From Thermodesulfovibrionia bacterium (GTDB lineage Bacteria > Nitrospirota > Thermodesulfovibrionia > JACRGW01), in the NCBI GenBank assembly GCA_919902995.1, contig CAKKSD010000050.1, positions 14,499 to 78,498 of the forward strand: 64,000 bases of DNA, read 5' to 3'. A model generated the notes under the pieces. That model did not search any database and was not told the origin of the DNA. It saw nothing but the letters and a program-made list of their open reading frames with translations. Shown here piece after piece: positions 63,752 through 64,000 of this stretch. The translations under genes were made by a program, and so were the position numbers. How positions within the stretch are numbered: the stretch's first letter is position 1; the number at the start of each line of letters is the position of its first letter.

Positions 63752-63996
63752 CCCTGTTTAATGCGAGATGCCTTTATAGCCTTTTCTATCCCTGCAGGAG
63801 TTACGCCTTTTGATTTAAGCTTTTTCCCTGTTCTATTCCATAGGTCATCAATGTATGCTCCGATATCGCGTTCATTAATACGTTCTTCTATTATCTCCCT
63901 GACCATTTCGCTTGTTGTTTTACCTTCAAGTCTCGCAAGTCTATTGAGCCTGTTTTTGACCTCTTCATCTATCCTTATAATCATCTGTGTCGTCAT
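63748..63996 (-). CDS. RHH/CopG-family antitoxin
   Basis: QMIIRIDEEVKNRL...GKTTSEMVRE. ATGA overlap with the PIN gene. Confidence 0.82.
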   Translation of the reverse strand: MTTQMIIRIDEEVKNRLNRLARLEGKTTSEMVREIIEERINERDIGAYIDDLWNRTGKKLKSKGVTPAGIEKAIKASRIKQG

Positions 63997-64000
63997 ATCC

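Overview
64 kb of AT-rich bacterial chromosome, mostly housekeeping genes. The gene content (split atpB-atpE, CIRCE-groESL, glnS plus gatB, split transketolase, archaeal-type ppcA) suggests an anaerobic Nitrospirota- or Desulfobacterota-like organism; this taxonomy is inferred. Core genes: clpC, nfo, lnt, prfB (programmed +1 frameshift), accA, dnaE, mdh, icd, atpB/atpE, gltX, glnS, scpA, trpS, ndk, polA, ftsEX-envC-ctpA, groESL, trxA/trxB, gatB and one tRNA-Asp. An accessory block at about 7.2-19.5 kb carries metal and ion handling genes: mntP, a ChrB-led operon with a perfect palindromic operator, a Na/Ca antiporter and a Kef antiporter. It also holds a decayed V-ATPase locus and a stand-alone MshEN protein. 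The most notable observations outside the ORF track are five. (1) A family of GTCAT...ATGAC palindromic mini-elements, one inserted in-frame inside an MFS gene and two nested inside other miniature elements. (2) Four small ORFs under 60 aa: a membrane microprotein with a possible Sec UGA and SECIS-like hairpin, a Zn-ribbon microprotein, a signal peptide plus CxxCH peptide coupled to an orphan V-ATPase D gene, and a probable V-ATPase stalk-gene stub. (3) Probable leaderless transcripts. (4) A Re-citrate-synthase-like enzyme next to icd and mdh. (5) Three toxin-antitoxin pairs beside essential genes. No CRISPR array, rRNA, intact transposase or prophage was seen. All family assignments come from motif recognition; no database searches were run.
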